From positions 27,937 through 51,936 of the forward strand of contig JAPDJO010000002.1 in assembly GCA_029259115.1 (NCBI GenBank): 24,000 bases of DNA, written 5' to 3'. Shown here piece after piece: positions 21,970-24,000 of this stretch; within the stretch, counting starts at the first letter, position 1; every line of letters begins with the position of its first letter. The notes under the pieces were generated by a model. It ran no database searches. It was not told where the DNA came from and saw only the letters and a list, made by a program, of their open reading frames with translations. The DNA is from Thermoplasmatota archaeon (GTDB taxonomy: Archaea > Thermoplasmatota > E2 > DHVEG-1 > B18-G2). A program made the position numbers and the translations under genes.

Positions 21970-23951
21970 GGCATCTTGTTTTCTATATACTCTGTCCAGA
22001 ATAATTTCAAATCATCCCTTAATAAATCTTTCGATGTAAGGATGCTAAATTTACCATCTTTTACAACTTCCTCTATATCTTTTCCGAGGCTTAATTTTCT
22101 CAGATTTTTAGCGAGAAAATCATCCAATCTATTATATTTCCTTTTTACCTCTACATACCACCTTCCATCTTTGAGATAAGGTCCTTTAACTACTTCTTTG
22201 CTGTTTCTCCATTTTTCCAAGAAAGCTTCAACATGCCTTTTTTCTTTTTCTGGAGGTCCCCTATGTATGTATGTTTCTGGTAGTTCTATCTCTTTTGGCT
22301 TGAGAAGAATGTATATCTTGTCTTCAGTGACCACAAACCTTCCATCCTCTATCTCGAAATCATTTTCTTCACACGATTTAACTATCCTTCTCAAAGTCTT
22401 CTTTGCCTGTGGGTACAGATTATCTGGAATTATATCCGGCTTTTCTATTTCTACCCCGATAAAACCATCTAGATGTTTTTTTATTTCCTCATCAGGTAGA
22501 GGTTTTATGGTTTGAGGGAAAAAGAATCTCTCGCTCGGCTTTTCCAGATATTCTTTGCATGCTCTTTTGAATATCTCTAGTTTCTCCTCGGATACGGCTG
22601 ATGCAACATTTCTGTTTGGATCTACCGGATCTATAAAAACTAAAGGATCATTAAAAGCTGGCGAAGGAACTTCCTTGAGTTTTATCACCTCCCCCTTTTT
22701 CCAGTCTTTTGCATTCCTAAGAACATTTTCAAAGGATCCATATTTTAGTATCAGGAGTTCACATAGATAACCCGAAAAACCTTCTACCTCTGCCTCTGCA
22801 CCATAACAACCTATACCTTTTAGAAATCTTTTTAACAATCTTACATCCTTTCTTTTTCTGAAAGGTAGATTTTCTCTTATGAAATCTGTATGAAAGGGAG
22901 TTCTATCAACCGCAGATATCTTTTCAGATGCTTTTTTCACTCTATAGCAAGGAACAATCTCGACATCATATCCCTTGTACTTTCCCCTTATATAGGGATG
23001 CTCCGCATATCTTTCTTCATGCTTTTCCAGTATTTTTCTGCCTATCAAAAGTCCCTTTCTTTCCATTTCCTTTCTCGGTGTGTTTGGAGGGAACAGTAAA
23101 AATATGTCTATATCTACGGAATCTCTAAGATAAGTATCTTTAGCAACTGATCCAACCAATTTTGGTACAGCTTTTATGTTCTCTTTCTTGATTTCCTTTT
23201 CTATTTTGTCTAAGAGCTCTAAAACTATCCTGTTCAGTTTCCTTCTCTCAGCAAAACTCGGTGTAATCTTTCTCAAAACCTCTTTTTCTATGCTGTTCTC
23301 GTAATTCACTACTCCGCAAGCTATCAAAAATATAGATATCCCTCCAATAACATCTGTTATCCAGTGTATGGATAGATATAGCACTGAGAATATCACACCT
23401 AGAGCAGATATCAAAGTGATGTAGAAATATCTTCTATCTCTCATAAAACTCGATGACTTTACTAGGAGAAGTGCCATTGCAACATGTAAGGATGGAAAAC
23501 AGTTATTTTTCGTTGTTACTGCATAAAAGAACTTCTCAATCCCTGGTATGATCTTACCCAAATGGAAATCTATGCCTAAATATGTGTACACATTTGTTAC
23601 AGGTAGAAATAGATAAAAGGGCAGGGCGCAGAGATAGATTATAACCAAACCATATGATAAACTCCTCATGGCTTTTTCCTCGTTGCCAATCAAGAATAGG
23701 AGTGGAGAAAACCATAGGGTAAATGGGTAGAGGATCATATAGAAGAATACTGAGATAATGGAGATCAAGTTAGAAGTATTTTGAGATAGATATTCGAAAA
23801 AACCTTTCTCATAAGAATAGAAGACCGGAGCAAAATCTTTCCCTATTAGATTGGTGGTAAATCTATCTATGAAGTTCACTTCAAACAAGTGGAAAAGTAC
23901 AACCAGAATTAATATAATCAGATGTAATCTGAGATTGAAAAATCCTTCCAT
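21957..23951 (-). CDS. cca: Single ORF fusing an N-terminal membrane PAP2-type phosphatase/phosphotransferase domain to the archaeal class I CCA-adding tRNA nucleotidyltransferase
   Basis: 664 aa. Residues 1-213 have about 6 TM helices and the PAP2 motifs FPSLHVAMA and SIHWITDVIGG. Residues ~220-664 carry GSVAKDTYLRDSVDIDIFLLF, AEHPYIRG, VDRTPFHTDF and GFSGYLCELL, which are diagnostic of archaeal CCA-adding enzymes. No stop separates the two parts. The only candidate internal start is GTG 23309-23307 (Val215). Confidence 0.85.
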   Translation of the reverse strand: MEGFFNLRLHLIILILVVLFHLFEVNFIDRFTTNLIGKDFAPVFYSYEKGFFEYLSQNTSNLISIISVFFYMILYPFTLWFSPLLFLIGNEEKAMRSLSYGLVIIYLCALPFYLFLPVTNVYTYLGIDFHLGKIIPGIEKFFYAVTTKNNCFPSLHVAMALLLVKSSSFMRDRRYFYITLISALGVIFSVLYLSIHWITDVIGGISIFLIACGVVNYENSIEKEVLRKITPSFAERRKLNRIVLELLDKIEKEIKKENIKAVPKLVGSVAKDTYLRDSVDIDIFLLFPPNTPRKEMERKGLLIGRKILEKHEERYAEHPYIRGKYKGYDVEIVPCYRVKKASEKISAVDRTPFHTDFIRENLPFRKRKDVRLLKRFLKGIGCYGAEAEVEGFSGYLCELLILKYGSFENVLRNAKDWKKGEVIKLKEVPSPAFNDPLVFIDPVDPNRNVASAVSEEKLEIFKRACKEYLEKPSERFFFPQTIKPLPDEEIKKHLDGFIGVEIEKPDIIPDNLYPQAKKTLRRIVKSCEENDFEIEDGRFVVTEDKIYILLKPKEIELPETYIHRGPPEKEKRHVEAFLEKWRNSKEVVKGPYLKDGRWYVEVKRKYNRLDDFLAKNLRKLSLGKDIEEVVKDGKFSILTSKDLLRDDLKLFWTEYIENKMPWER

Positions 23952-24000
23952 GTAATTTTTCTTATCTCTCGGAAAGAAGATTGTAAGGAATATGAGAAAA

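Noticed and set aside
22198-23128. Several 66-105-aa + strand ORFs inside the cca region
   Set aside because: They are antisense to a CCA-adding enzyme sequence with all diagnostic motifs. Their translations are Ser/Phe/Leu-rich with no signatures.

Overview
This is an AT-rich, tightly packed archaeal chromosome segment. The gene content points to a motile, probably thermophilic euryarchaeon, but the taxon cannot be fixed without a database search.

Left part (1-5610):
- A truncated MgtE-domain transporter gene that is missing from the ORF track.
- A four-subunit 2-oxoacid:ferredoxin oxidoreductase operon in gamma-delta-alpha-beta order.
- An MTH1187/YkoF-like small protein, translationally coupled to a long pentapeptide-repeat protein.
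- A small winged-helix protein and a lipoprotein.

Centre (5764-16024): a complete archaellum (archaeal flagellum) locus with an unusual layout.
- Three archaellin genes (arlB1-3) lie on the + strand. They converge on, and share stop-codon bases with, a minus-strand accessory operon: arlC, arlD/E, arlF, arlG, arlH, arlI, arlI', arlJ.
- The operon carries two intact tandem ArlI/FlaI ATPase paralogues.

Immediately next to it (16148-19622) is a three-gene satellite module:
- A PAS / ~360-residue coiled-coil / PAS protein.
- A fourth archaellin whose ORF has a ~66-79 residue N-terminal extension with an Sm-like pattern and a strong Shine-Dalgarno sequence.
- A divergently transcribed protein with an archaellin-like N-terminus.
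- The intergenic region of the divergent pair holds a perfect 12-bp-stem hairpin and a perfect 21-bp palindrome.

Right part: bacterial-type purH, an RNase H-fold protein, and one ORF that fuses a membrane PAP2 phosphatase domain to the archaeal class I CCA-adding enzyme.

I saw no rRNA, tRNA, CRISPR array, transposase or integrase. No prepilin peptidase (arlK/flaK) or che genes lie in the window.

The most interesting candidates are the duplicated motor ATPase, the satellite module (especially the N-terminally extended archaellin), and the PAP2-CCA fusion. All identities and percentages are by-eye estimates from the supplied sequence and translations.
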